Sequence record: OP617745.1
Strand: one strand, 5' to 3'
DNA length: 64,000 bases
Part shown: piece after piece, positions 1 through 8,567 of the stretch
Position numbering within the stretch: position 1 is the stretch's first letter
Layout of the letters: each line of letters starts with the position of its first letter
Translations under genes and position numbers: made by a program
Notes under the pieces: model-generated
Database searches by the model: none
What the model was told of the DNA's origin: nothing
The model's input: the letters and a program-made list of their open reading frames with translations, nothing else

Positions 1-218
1 GTTTTTGATTTAATTCTTTTATTTTTACCACGTTCAGGATGACCTTGTTTCATACTCAAAAATGAATTTGGCTTTATTAAAAATTCTCCATATTGTGGAT
101 CTATAATTATAATTTTAGTTCTATTATTAATATATACTGTTTTACTATAATCAAATTCCACATCTGTTCTTATTCTTTTTGCATCTATAATAAATTCTTC
201 TTGTGTTTTTCTACGCAT
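1..218 (-). CDS. N-terminal part of a repeat-containing (DUF723-like) putative homing endonuclease, truncated by the window edge
   Basis: Manual translation from ATG at 218: MRRKTQEEFIIDAKRIRTDVEFDYSKTVYINNRTKIIIIDPQYGEF...KQGHP, the same repeat as ORF 16860-17858; not in the ORF track. Confidence 0.7.
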   Translation of the reverse strand, partial: MRRKTQEEFIIDAKRIRTDVEFDYSKTVYINNRTKIIIIDPQYGEFLIKPNSFLSMKQGHPERGKNKRIKSK

Positions 219-273
219 TATTATAATCTCTTTGTCAATATATAAAAATATTTAGTTATGATGGTTTTTGTGC

Positions 274-302
274 TTGACAATTTTTTTTATATAAGTTATT
301 AT
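274..302 (+). promoter_or_regulatory. sigma70 promoter
   Basis: TTGACA-17nt-TATTAT upstream of the AAA+ ATPase. Confidence 0.75.
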
Positions 303-331
303 GTTGTTATTGAATGAAGAGGTGATTGAAA

Positions 332-1102
332 ATGCATCCACGCCTAGAAAAAGCACAACAAATTCAAAAAAACTTCGATTCCATGATGAGTGCTTTGGAA
401 TGTCTTCTTGATTATAAATCAACTATTAACTCTCTTATTATTTGTGGTAAGGGTGGTTGTGGTAAAACATACAATGTAGAAAAGCGTCTCAAAGAAGCTC
501 ATGACCGTGCTGAAATTAACTTCACTTCTATTAGTGGTAAAGTTAGTACTATGGGTTTGTATGAAACATTATATAAAACTCGTAATAGTACTGATGTATT
601 AGTACTTGATGATGTTGATGTATTCAATTCAGAAGCAAATTTTGATCTATTAAAAGCAATCCTTGATACTTCTGATGAACGTGTTGTATCATATGCTACA
701 ACAAATAAACATCTAAAAAATAATGGCATTCCAATGTCTTTTGACTATCGAGGTAAAGTCATATTCATCACAAATAAAGATTTGTCAAAAATGGCAAAAT
801 CTAATACAAAATTAGCACCACATGTTGATGCATTACTAACTCGTTCTATTTTTGTTGATCTTCAAATTTTTAGCAATGAAGAAGTTATGATTCATATTGA
901 GAATATTATGCTCAGTACTAATATTCTCAAAAATTATGGTATTAATCAAAGTGGTTCAACTCAAATTATGAATTGGATGTTGAAACATGAATCAAAATTA
1001 CGTTCTCCATCATTACGTATGCCAGTACTGATAGCATCATTGTATAATAAATTCCCATATGATTGGGAAGAACGATGTGAAAACTTATTCCTGGAGAAAT
1101 AA
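332..1102 (+). CDS. AAA+ family P-loop ATPase
   Basis: Walker A GKGGCGKT, Walker B VLVLDDVD, sensor-1-like GKVIFITN; SD GAGGTG favours ATG at 332. Confidence 0.85.
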   Translation: MHPRLEKAQQIQKNFDSMMSALECLLDYKSTINSLIICGKGGCGKTYNVEKRLKEAHDRAEINFTSISGKVSTMGLYETLYKTRNSTDVLVLDDVDVFNSEANFDLLKAILDTSDERVVSYATTNKHLKNNGIPMSFDYRGKVIFITNKDLSKMAKSNTKLAPHVDALLTRSIFVDLQIFSNEEVMIHIENIMLSTNILKNYGINQSGSTQIMNWMLKHESKLRSPSLRMPVLIASLYNKFPYDWEERCENLFLEK

Positions 1103-1416
1103 TGAAATACAAATGTACAGTGTATAAAGAAGGTATTGTATTCATAGAAGTCTATGTAGATGATGATATTTGGTTTGAAGTTGATGAATGTTTTGATACA
1201 AATGTATACGTATCAAAAAATGGATATATCTATGAATATAATTTAAATCACGATTTTGGTTCAATGCAAGATGATGAACTATTTCAAATGAGTACTGTAA
1301 TTTCTATTCCTTTTGATTTAAAAATCATTAGAGAAGCCCATAAACAATTCAGTACTATTATAAAAGAAAATTCATCATTATTGTATCATTATATATTAGT
1401 AACAGAGGACGAATAA
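1102..1416 (+). CDS. hypothetical protein, FQxS-motif family
   Basis: QDDELFQMSTV; coupled to the ATPase stop codon. Confidence 0.75.
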   Translation: MKYKCTVYKEGIVFIEVYVDDDIWFEVDECFDTNVYVSKNGYIYEYNLNHDFGSMQDDELFQMSTVISIPFDLKIIREAHKQFSTIIKENSSLLYHYILVTEDE

Positions 1417-1544
1417 TGAAACCAGAACAATGGATCATCGATGATATGCGTGCTATGCGTAAGATTGAAAATAAATCATACGAAGAACAAGCATACTTAG
1501 ATCTTCTTCAATGGTATGTTAAAGTAATCCAATCAAAGGAATAA
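1416..1544 (+). CDS. small hypothetical protein (42 aa)
   Basis: Manual ORF MKPEQWIIDD..., coupled to upstream stop, SD GAGGA. Confidence 0.55.
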   Translation: MKPEQWIIDDMRAMRKIENKSYEEQAYLDLLQWYVKVIQSKE

Positions 1545-1546
1545 TT

Positions 1547-1894
1547 ATGTTAGACTTTATGCTAAAAAGTGAACTATCTCATACTATTGGATATAGTATT
1601 GCAGTACTGATCGTATTCAGCTTTTTGTTTGAAAAAATCAATTGGCTATTCAAAACCAATATCTATAAAAAGTATTATAAAGTTAAAAGTTTTGACAGAC
1701 AAATCTTTTTGGGTATAATGTATACATTAACATTATACTGTAGTATATTCGAAGTTGGATTTGTACTGGCTGATTCACCATTAACATTATATCTTTCATT
1801 GTATACACTTTTTCTTATACCATTTTCTTTGTATATTTTTTGTACTAAAATGTTCAATAAAATTATTGAATTCCGAAATAAATTACCGGACTGA
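1547..1894 (+). CDS. small multi-TM membrane protein, paralog of 1910-2257
   Basis: About 3 hydrophobic segments; KINWLFKTNIYKKYY...NKLPD. Confidence 0.8.
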   Translation: MLDFMLKSELSHTIGYSIAVLIVFSFLFEKINWLFKTNIYKKYYKVKSFDRQIFLGIMYTLTLYCSIFEVGFVLADSPLTLYLSLYTLFLIPFSLYIFCTKMFNKIIEFRNKLPD

Positions 1895-1909
1895 TATGGA
1901 GTAATATAA

Positions 1910-2257
1910 ATGATTGAGTTTATATTCAAAAGTGATTTCGCATATAGTGTTGGGTATTGTATCTTTATTGCTATTATTTTTAATTACTTATTTGAGAAAA
2001 TTAATTATTTTTTTAAGACTAATATTCACAAAAAGTATTATACAAACAAGAGCAGTAAAAGAAAAAACATTGAATTCACTCTGTATATTAGTACTATATA
2101 TCTGGTAACAATTGAACTTCCTTCAGTACTAACTGATAAAAATGTAACAATGCTATTTTGTGTATATAGTGTAGTGATTATCTTCTTTTGGGTATATTAT
2201 ACAGTCAAAGCATTGAATCAAAAATTAACTGAATTCCATAATAAACTACCGGATTAA
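1910..2257 (+). CDS. small multi-TM membrane protein, paralog of 1547-1894
   Basis: KINYFFKTNIHKKYY...NKLPD. Confidence 0.8.
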   Translation: MIEFIFKSDFAYSVGYCIFIAIIFNYLFEKINYFFKTNIHKKYYTNKSSKRKNIEFTLYISTIYLVTIELPSVLTDKNVTMLFCVYSVVIIFFWVYYTVKALNQKLTEFHNKLPD

Positions 2258-2263
2258 TTAAAA

Positions 2264-2608
2264 ATGAATGAATTTCTACGAAGTGAACTATTGTGTTCAG
2301 TACTACAATGCTTTTTGTTGTTATTCATTGTGTACCATTTGTATATTTTAGTACTATGGTACTTTAAACGTAAATCGTATTTGACATTATGGAAAAACAA
2401 TAAGTTAGCAGTTCCATTTCTTACTACTACAACAATAGCTTATGCTCTTTCCGGGATTTTCCTGTTTCCGGTGGATGATCCTGTAATGCAAGAAAGTGGG
2501 ATAGCAATTGCTAATCTTATTAGATCATTGTTCATTAGTGCATGGTTTTTCTTTGTATTAATCAGGTACTTAGTGCGTTTACGTACTAAAATCGAAGGGG
2601 CATTCTAA
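2264..2608 (+). CDS. small multi-TM membrane protein
   Basis: Hydrophobic segments, tandem array. Confidence 0.75.
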   Translation: MNEFLRSELLCSVLQCFLLLFIVYHLYILVLWYFKRKSYLTLWKNNKLAVPFLTTTTIAYALSGIFLFPVDDPVMQESGIAIANLIRSLFISAWFFFVLIRYLVRLRTKIEGAF

Positions 2609-2609
2609 A

Positions 2610-2945
2610 ATGCTGGAGTACATTAATCTGTTTGATACATCATTTGTTATAGTTAGTACTTATTATATTTGTAGTACTATATTCTACTTTCTGATGTGGT
2701 TCTTTAAACGTAAACTGGATAACTTCATTAAGCAATATTCGTTACAACTGGCATTACAATTGTATTACTGGATTGGATTTGGTTTAATGTATTTGCATTA
2801 CTATTTTGTATTATATAATATCCGTGAAAATAATACATTTATGCTTTATATGCTACAAATTATCGGTACTACAATCTATGTAGGTTATCTAATGTCGATT
2901 GTACTGTCAAAATTAAGAAACAAAATCCCTGATATGAGGAATTAA
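2610..2945 (+). CDS. small multi-TM membrane protein
   Basis: Hydrophobic; C-terminal RNKIPD resembles the first two paralogs. Confidence 0.75.
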   Translation: MLEYINLFDTSFVIVSTYYICSTIFYFLMWFFKRKLDNFIKQYSLQLALQLYYWIGFGLMYLHYYFVLYNIRENNTFMLYMLQIIGTTIYVGYLMSIVLSKLRNKIPDMRN

Positions 2946-2948
2946 AAA

Positions 2949-3254
2949 ATGACATATATTTTTATTGCATTAGCAATGTATTACTGGATTTCGTGGACTG
3001 GATATCTCTTTGCATTAAAATCTTTTGATTATTTCAGTGCTTCCTGCAAAGAAAGTTGGGGATGGCATGTAATGGCAACTTCGTCAGTAACATACTGTGC
3101 TTATGAAAGCATCACTGATAAGACATTCAATGATATTGTATTGAGTACAGTACTGATGTATTTGTGGAGTTTTGCATTTATTGTTCATATTTCACCTTTA
3201 ATTAGAGATAAAATTGTAAAATTTCACAATAAACAAAAGGAAAAGCGTACATGA
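2949..3254 (+). CDS. small multi-TM membrane protein
   Basis: Hydrophobic; basic tail KFHNK. Confidence 0.75.
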   Translation: MTYIFIALAMYYWISWTGYLFALKSFDYFSASCKESWGWHVMATSSVTYCAYESITDKTFNDIVLSTVLMYLWSFAFIVHISPLIRDKIVKFHNKQKEKRT

Positions 3255-3604
3255 TCATTACATTAAATTTACTGACATTTTTTAGTGTATTAACGTGTTT
3301 AATCTTTATTGGAAAATTCTTTTGTGTTAAAATAGCAGAAAAGATTTATGATTCATGGGAAAACGAAATGTCTTTATGGGTTCCTATATTCTGGACTGTT
3401 AGTAATGTATTTTTAATTCCAGCCTGGATTGGTGCAACAAAGGAAATCTTCCCGCTTTTTTTATTCAGTGCAATGTTCAGTGCTGGTTTTTGTTTTATGT
3501 ATATGGCATTTGAATTGATTGTTGTACTAAATGCTGTATTAGTACCTGCATTAAAGAATGTGCATGTAAAAATTAAACTCAAGAAATCACAGGGCAAATT
3601 ATGA
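3251..3604 (+). CDS. small multi-TM membrane protein
   Basis: Hydrophobic, ATGA overlap. Confidence 0.75.
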   Translation: MIITLNLLTFFSVLTCLIFIGKFFCVKIAEKIYDSWENEMSLWVPIFWTVSNVFLIPAWIGATKEIFPLFLFSAMFSAGFCFMYMAFELIVVLNAVLVPALKNVHVKIKLKKSQGKL

Positions 3605-3990
3605 CTTACAGAGATTATTTTTGTATATTCGAAGTACTGGTTTTCACTTCAGGTAGTTTAGTATTGTTATTGCATTATTTTTGTGTTGAGCCTTTTTACA
3701 AATTATTAAAACCAAAAACCGAAATGGGTGTATTTTGTTTATTTCAGTTTTTGTATTACTATTTTCTGTCTATTCTTTCTGTTGTTGTAGAAGTAATTTT
3801 TGGAGGATTTGTTAATGCAGACAAAATGCCGTCATACGAGTTGTTTACAATCTTCAATGTAATTATGATTGCTTTAATTGTGTTCGTATCAATCCTTGCT
3901 GGAATTTACAAATTTTTTGTATTCCTTGGTAACAAACACAATGATATAGTACTAAAACGAAAAGGAACACTGACAGATGAACGTAATTGA
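3601..3990 (+). CDS. small multi-TM membrane protein
   Basis: Hydrophobic, ATGA overlap. Confidence 0.75.
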   Translation: MTYRDYFCIFEVLVFTSGSLVLLLHYFCVEPFYKLLKPKTEMGVFCLFQFLYYYFLSILSVVVEVIFGGFVNADKMPSYELFTIFNVIMIALIVFVSILAGIYKFFVFLGNKHNDIVLKRKGTLTDERN

Positions 3991-4330
3991 AATAATTGTA
4001 GTTGTGTACCACATTTTAGCAGTACTTCTTATTTTATCTGTTCTCGTGGATTATGCATTAGGATTTGATAAACTTAAATTTATCTATCAGTACTTTGATG
4101 ATAATTTCGACAGTGATAATCCAGTACACGTATTTCTTGGATTAGAATTTATGTGCTTAATTCTTGTACTGTTTATTCCCATTATCGGTACTGGAACATC
4201 TCTTTTCTTCATTACTGCAATTACATTATTGTACTTCGTAGTAATAGTTCTTATTTTAGTACTATATTCTGTTGCATATGGAATAGAAAAAATTAGAAAT
4301 AAACGCCTAACAAAAAAAAATAAAAAATAG
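3977..4330 (+). CDS. small multi-TM membrane protein
   Basis: Hydrophobic, basic C-terminal tail. Confidence 0.75.
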   Translation: MNVIEIIVVVYHILAVLLILSVLVDYALGFDKLKFIYQYFDDNFDSDNPVHVFLGLEFMCLILVLFIPIIGTGTSLFFITAITLLYFVVIVLILVLYSVAYGIEKIRNKRLTKKNKK

Positions 4331-4396
4331 TTCCTGAACTTGACAATGCGGGATTTTTTTATATATAATAACATAATAAAATAATAGAGGCACAAA

Positions 4397-4984
4397 ATGA
4401 AACGCATAACTCGCAGCAAAAATGTGATCAGGGATAGATTTCGCAAGGTAAACATTATTAAGTACAGTACTATTGCATTAGCATTAAGTACTACATTTGT
4501 ACTCACTGCATGTGATGAACCAACAAATGTAGACGTATACAAATCATTAGAACAATGCAAAACTTCTGGAAAAAATCCAGCACAATGCGAAGAAGATTAC
4601 AAAAATGCACTAAAGCAAAGTGTCAGTACTGCACCGCATTATAAATCACAAAGCGAATGCTACGCAGACTTTGATACAGTATGCCAGGAAGGTCATTACA
4701 GTACTGGTGGTATGTTCTTCTATCCTATGATGACAGGATTCCATAGTTCAGGACAAGGATATCATTCACAACCTTTATATAGTCATAAAGGTAATTACGT
4801 TGATGCTGGTGGAAATAATTACGGATCAACTTACAGTACCACTACTAACAGAACTGTACCAAGATCCGGTCTAACACAAAAAGCACCAACCAGTACTATA
4901 ACCAGAAGTGGATTTGGTAGTACTGTTTCAAGTCGTAGCTTTTCAAGTTCTCATAGTTCATCAAGCCATTCATTTGGTGGTTAA
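4397..4984 (+). CDS. ygiB: DUF1190/YgiB-like lipoprotein
   Basis: Lipobox LTAC; VYKSLEQC...QC...APHYKSQSECYADF...C...FYPMMTGF...SQPLY...TITRSGFG and Ser-rich tail, typical of DUF1190. Confidence 0.8.
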   Translation: MKRITRSKNVIRDRFRKVNIIKYSTIALALSTTFVLTACDEPTNVDVYKSLEQCKTSGKNPAQCEEDYKNALKQSVSTAPHYKSQSECYADFDTVCQEGHYSTGGMFFYPMMTGFHSSGQGYHSQPLYSHKGNYVDAGGNNYGSTYSTTTNRTVPRSGLTQKAPTSTITRSGFGSTVSSRSFSSSHSSSSHSFGG

Positions 4985-5001
4985 ACAATAAAGGAAAATA
5001 A

Positions 5002-5634
5002 ATGAAATATTCAAGCCTGAATCTTTATAATAATCCAGCAGTCGCTACTCATGCAATCACTGGTAGTATCAATGATTCTTCTTATAAAGAATTCCGTGAG
5101 TTCATCAAGGCAGTACTGGAAAATAATCAGAAAATCTCCGACGAAGAACGTATCCATAAAGAGAAAGAAGAATTCAATAAAATTCATAATCCAGAAGCTA
5201 AACCAGAATTCTTTAGCCCTAAAACTAAAGTACAACGTATTAATCTTATCGTAGATTCATATGGCGGTCAATGTTCTTCTATGACCAGTATTGTTGCACT
5301 AATGAATAGTTCTCCTATTCCTATTGATACATATTGCTTCGGTGCTGCCATGTCAGCAGGATTTATGATTTTTATTCATGGAAAAAATCGTTATGTAGGT
5401 AATGCAGCAGACCTTATGATGCATAGTTTAAGTACTGGTGTATATGATCACGCACCTGGTATTAAATCAAAAGCCGAACACCTGCTGAAAATTAATACAG
5501 TCTATCAACAAATGGTAGCAAATAAAACTGGTCTTACAATGGAATGGCTTAAAGAGCACGAAGAAAATGATATGCACTTCCTTGCAGATGATTGTATTGA
5601 ATACAAAATTGCAGATGCAATCATTGAGGAATAA
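5002..5634 (+). CDS. clpP: ClpP-like serine protease
   Basis: INLIVDSYGG, AAMSAG (catalytic Ser), LMMH (His), ENDMHFLADDCIEYKIADAI (Asp region). Confidence 0.85.
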   Translation: MKYSSLNLYNNPAVATHAITGSINDSSYKEFREFIKAVLENNQKISDEERIHKEKEEFNKIHNPEAKPEFFSPKTKVQRINLIVDSYGGQCSSMTSIVALMNSSPIPIDTYCFGAAMSAGFMIFIHGKNRYVGNAADLMMHSLSTGVYDHAPGIKSKAEHLLKINTVYQQMVANKTGLTMEWLKEHEENDMHFLADDCIEYKIADAIIEE

Positions 5635-5637
5635 TAT

Positions 5638-5838
5638 ATGACAATATTATTCAGTACCGAAGATCCATTTGGTAATAACAGTTCAGTACTTAAAAATCTT
5701 AATAACCATCTGAATAGAAAAACAAACGGATCATGGGGAAGTGATAAACATTCCCGTAAACTATTTCCACGTGGAAAAACTTATGACCGATTATTTGATA
5801 TTCACTTAGACACATATATGGAAAAAAACTTTATTTAA
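5638..5838 (+). CDS. hypothetical protein
   Basis: ORF track, operonic. Confidence 0.6.
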   Translation: MTILFSTEDPFGNNSSVLKNLNNHLNRKTNGSWGSDKHSRKLFPRGKTYDRLFDIHLDTYMEKNFI

Positions 5839-5841
5839 AAT

Positions 5842-5878
5842 AAAAGGGTTGACTTCGGTCAGCCTTTTTTGTTATTAT
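5842..5878 (+). terminator. intrinsic terminator with an embedded sigma70 promoter
   Basis: AAAAGGGTTGAC-TTCG-GTCAGCCTTTTTT; TTGACT in the stem, TATTAT downstream. Confidence 0.75.
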
Positions 5879-5908
5879 AACAGTACTATCTCAAAGAGGT
5901 AATTAATA

Positions 5909-6517
5909 ATGAAAAAAGTCAAAAAATTATACAAAGATTGGTACAACAAAATTAAACAACAACATTTAACAGAAAAACGCAACCCGCAATCTACTTATGT
6001 GTTTAGATGGACTTTCAAATCCTCTGATAGTATGAAAAAGATTAAACCGGGTGCTACATTTAAAATTGCTAAAGTACTAAAAATATTTCTCAGAGCTAAT
6101 AATATCCATCTCAATGAAGTAGGGTGGAATAATAGAGGGAAAATTACTTGTACTAATAAAATTAAATCAGCTACCTTTGATGTATATATTAAAGATATTC
6201 CGTGCTCAATTTTTGTATCCGAAAAAACAAAAGGAATTCTAATAATCATTGATTATCATAAACATAAAAAAATTTATACATTAGAAAAAAATCTCATTGC
6301 ATATAATTCATATTACGATATCTTTCTTCAGGGTCGTCAAATACTTGAAGAATTAAACATTGATTATAATAACTTAACAGAAGAAGAAATGTTTCAACTA
6401 AGTACTATATTCGATGTGTATTTCTATAAAACCGTCAAAAATATAGGAATAGAATTACACAATACCAAAAACCTAAACTGTAATAAACTCGTAGCAGTAC
6501 TAAACAAATACAAATAA
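5909..6517 (+). CDS. hypothetical protein, FQxS-motif family
   Basis: TEEEMFQLSTI; SD GAGGT. Confidence 0.8.
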   Translation: MKKVKKLYKDWYNKIKQQHLTEKRNPQSTYVFRWTFKSSDSMKKIKPGATFKIAKVLKIFLRANNIHLNEVGWNNRGKITCTNKIKSATFDVYIKDIPCSIFVSEKTKGILIIIDYHKHKKIYTLEKNLIAYNSYYDIFLQGRQILEELNIDYNNLTEEEMFQLSTIFDVYFYKTVKNIGIELHNTKNLNCNKLVAVLNKYK

Positions 6518-6522
6518 AACCA

Positions 6523-6861
6523 ATGAAGGATTTAAGTAAAATGATCATCCAAATCAATAGCTATAAAACAAAAGAAGAACTGACCACCCTTATTATTAAA
6601 GCTATTCAAAAAGGGGAAAGTTATATCAAAATTCCATTAGATAAAACAAACAATCGTAATATGGTTATTTCTCAAATTGATAAAGATTTTAATATCAATC
6701 TATGTTATATGGAAGAAACCAGTACTGATATCATTTACTCAGGTACTGAATCATTTAAACCATACCAAATCATTACAGCAGTGTATAATTGCGTCCAACG
6801 TTATTTCAGTACTGAACCAAATAAAACAATAAGAGAACAACAAAAAATATACAAGAAGTAG
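6523..6861 (+). CDS. hypothetical protein
   Basis: ORF track. Confidence 0.7.
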   Translation: MKDLSKMIIQINSYKTKEELTTLIIKAIQKGESYIKIPLDKTNNRNMVISQIDKDFNINLCYMEETSTDIIYSGTESFKPYQIITAVYNCVQRYFSTEPNKTIREQQKIYKK

Positions 6862-6890
6862 AAAAACATAGCAAAAACTTCCCCGGTGGT

Positions 6891-7085
6891 ATGACCGTCA
6901 AAGAATTAAAAGAATTAATTAAAGATTGGCCTGAAACCAATCAGTACGGAGAAGATACTTTAGTCTATATCAGTACTGAATCAGATACGGATTGTACTGT
7001 ACATTCTTCGTGGTGTTCATCAGTAAGAACTAATGATAATGGTACACTTGTGTATGACTTGACTCTTGATACAGAACAAAGATAA
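6891..7085 (+). CDS. hypothetical protein
   Basis: ORF track. Confidence 0.65.
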   Translation: MTVKELKELIKDWPETNQYGEDTLVYISTESDTDCTVHSSWCSSVRTNDNGTLVYDLTLDTEQR

Positions 7086-7087
7086 TT

Positions 7088-7135
7088 AAAAAGACTCCCC
7101 GTAAAACTCGATCAAACGGATTCTACGGGGAGTAT
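7088..7135. terminator. hairpin closing the left gene block (U-tract on the minus strand)
   Basis: ACTCCCCGTA...TACGGGGAGT stem preceded by AAAAG. Confidence 0.55.
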
Positions 7136-7240
7136 ACTATATTGGACGATATGGTCATTATAGTAGACAATTTAATGGATATAGGTGATTGTATGTGAGT
7201 AAGAATAGTATAGTACTAATAATAATGAGTAGGAATTGAT

Positions 7241-7300
7241 AAGAATGATTCAGTACTATTAAGAATGATTAAGTACTATTCAGTACTATTCAGTACTGAT
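7241..7300. repeat. tandem 10-bp-register repeat rich in AGTACT
   Basis: aagaatgatt cagtactatt aagaatgatt aagtactatt cagtactatt cagtactgat. Confidence 0.8.
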
Positions 7301-7579
7301 ATGCCACTAAGTCCGTTTATAAAGTCGCACCCAGTGGGCTACATTTGTAACTATTCAGTACTGAATAATTCAATGCATATATTATTTCAGTACTTAATCA
7401 TTAGCAAACTATTAATTTCAATATCTCCTTTAGATAATATTTCGTATCTTATATTAACAAAAATCTGAATAGCATGTCAAGAAAAATCTGGATTACCAAC
7501 GAGAAAAAATCTGGATTTTAAAAATTTTGAAATGTCGTTTATAGTTCAGGAAAAAAATGAAATTATAACAAGAAAATTG

Positions 7580-7608
7580 TTGACATGGATATGCTGCCAT
7601 TATATAAT
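7580..7608 (+). promoter_or_regulatory. consensus sigma70 promoter with no downstream ORF
   Basis: TTGACA-17nt-TATAAT. Confidence 0.8.
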
Positions 7609-7614
7609 GTAATC

Positions 7615-8080
7615 CTCAAGACGAGAGAATGTTCTCTCACAGAAAATGCGAAGAAGCCGAGTTTATCTGTCCCTGCGTGAGTGGGCTAACATTTGAATAG
7701 GACAATACGTAGATGAATGAAAAAGGTTTAAAGGGAAGTATTTGATTCCCTGTAGTATAGTTAATGAGTTAGTACTGATTTAGATGTAATCATTGAGTAG
7801 TACTACTGTCGCAAAGGGAAACCTTTGGCTTCCATGGGGAGTGATGACAGAAGGGCATTATCCTCCATATAGAGTTACTGCGAATAACTCCGTAAGTTGG
7901 GTTGTGGCAAACCTCCTAAAATAGTGAATCTACAGTACTACTGCTTGATGGATTTGTTACCCGTAGGTAGTACTGCTTTTAATTTAAAGAATACCCTCCG
8001 CCAAGAAAGGTGCATGTAACTTGAACATGTGAACTACGGGAACAGTACTGAATAATTCAGTACTGATTCCTCTCCAAATT
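7615..8080 (+). ncRNA. candidate large structured non-coding RNA
   Basis: Follows a perfect promoter; no ORF over about 25 aa seen; multiple hairpins; GC-richer than flanks. Confidence 0.4.
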
Positions 8081-8114
8081 TTGGATACAATAATGCTAGG
8101 CTTCAGTTAGTACT

Positions 8115-8232
8115 GAGTGAGAATGATAATGATTCTCATTTGAATTGGATGAGAACGATTCTCATTTACAGTTGCAAATGATAATAGATTGCATTTACGA
8201 ATGGTTCTCATTCGCAGATGATAATGATTCTT
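8115..8232. promoter_or_regulatory. array of about 5 Fur-box-like sites
   Basis: GAGAATGATAATGATTCTC at 8119-8137 (16/19 to GATAATGATAATCATTATC), TGAGAACGATTCTCA at 8150-8164, and further AATGATAAT units. Confidence 0.7.
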
Positions 8233-8376
8233 GAATTTTTTCCATTAGCTAGACTACCCCGTAGGATATATAATATCCTGGAGTATCTGCTTAATTTTTC
8301 AAAATCTGGATTAATAATATCAGTACTATCCAGGATATGCAATACCCAAAACAAAAATAAATTCTAAAAAAATCTA

Positions 8377-8405
8377 TTGACATAATATTCCAGTACTGTC
8401 ATAAT
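8377..8405 (+). promoter_or_regulatory. sigma70 promoter, left arm of a 33-bp inverted repeat
   Basis: TTGACA-17-CATAAT. Confidence 0.8.
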
Positions 8406-8411
8406 ATAAGC

Positions 8412-8459
8412 AAGTCAGAAAAATGACGTTTGCCCACAGGGTGCGGAGGAACATCTATT
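8412..8459 (+). ncRNA. two-hairpin RNA motif copy
   Basis: GTCA-GAAAAA-TGAC then GCCC-ACA-GGGT GCGGAGGAACATCTATT. Confidence 0.55.
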
Positions 8460-8463
8460 AAAT

Positions 8464-8482
8464 GAGAATGATAATCATTTAC
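8464..8482. promoter_or_regulatory. Fur box at the centre of the convergent cassette
   Basis: GAGAATGATAATCATTTAC, 16/19 to consensus. Confidence 0.7.
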
Positions 8483-8489
8483 AATATTG

Positions 8490-8533
8490 AATAGATTTCC
8501 GCACCCTGTGGGTTAAGGAATTTCGCTTCCATG
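8490..8533 (-). ncRNA. two-hairpin RNA motif copy
   Basis: Reverse complement: GGAA-GCGAAA-TTCC, ACCC-ACA-GGGT GCGGAAATCTATT. Confidence 0.55.
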
Positions 8534-8539
8534 TAAAAC

Positions 8540-8567
8540 ATTATACAGTACTGGAATATTATGTCAA
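8540..8567 (-). promoter_or_regulatory. sigma70 promoter, right arm of the inverted repeat
   Basis: Reverse complement TTGACA-16-TATAAT. Confidence 0.8.

Noticed and set aside
7265-7468. 67-aa ORF in the track
   Set aside because: Built from the AGTACT tandem repeat, with no SD; probably non-coding
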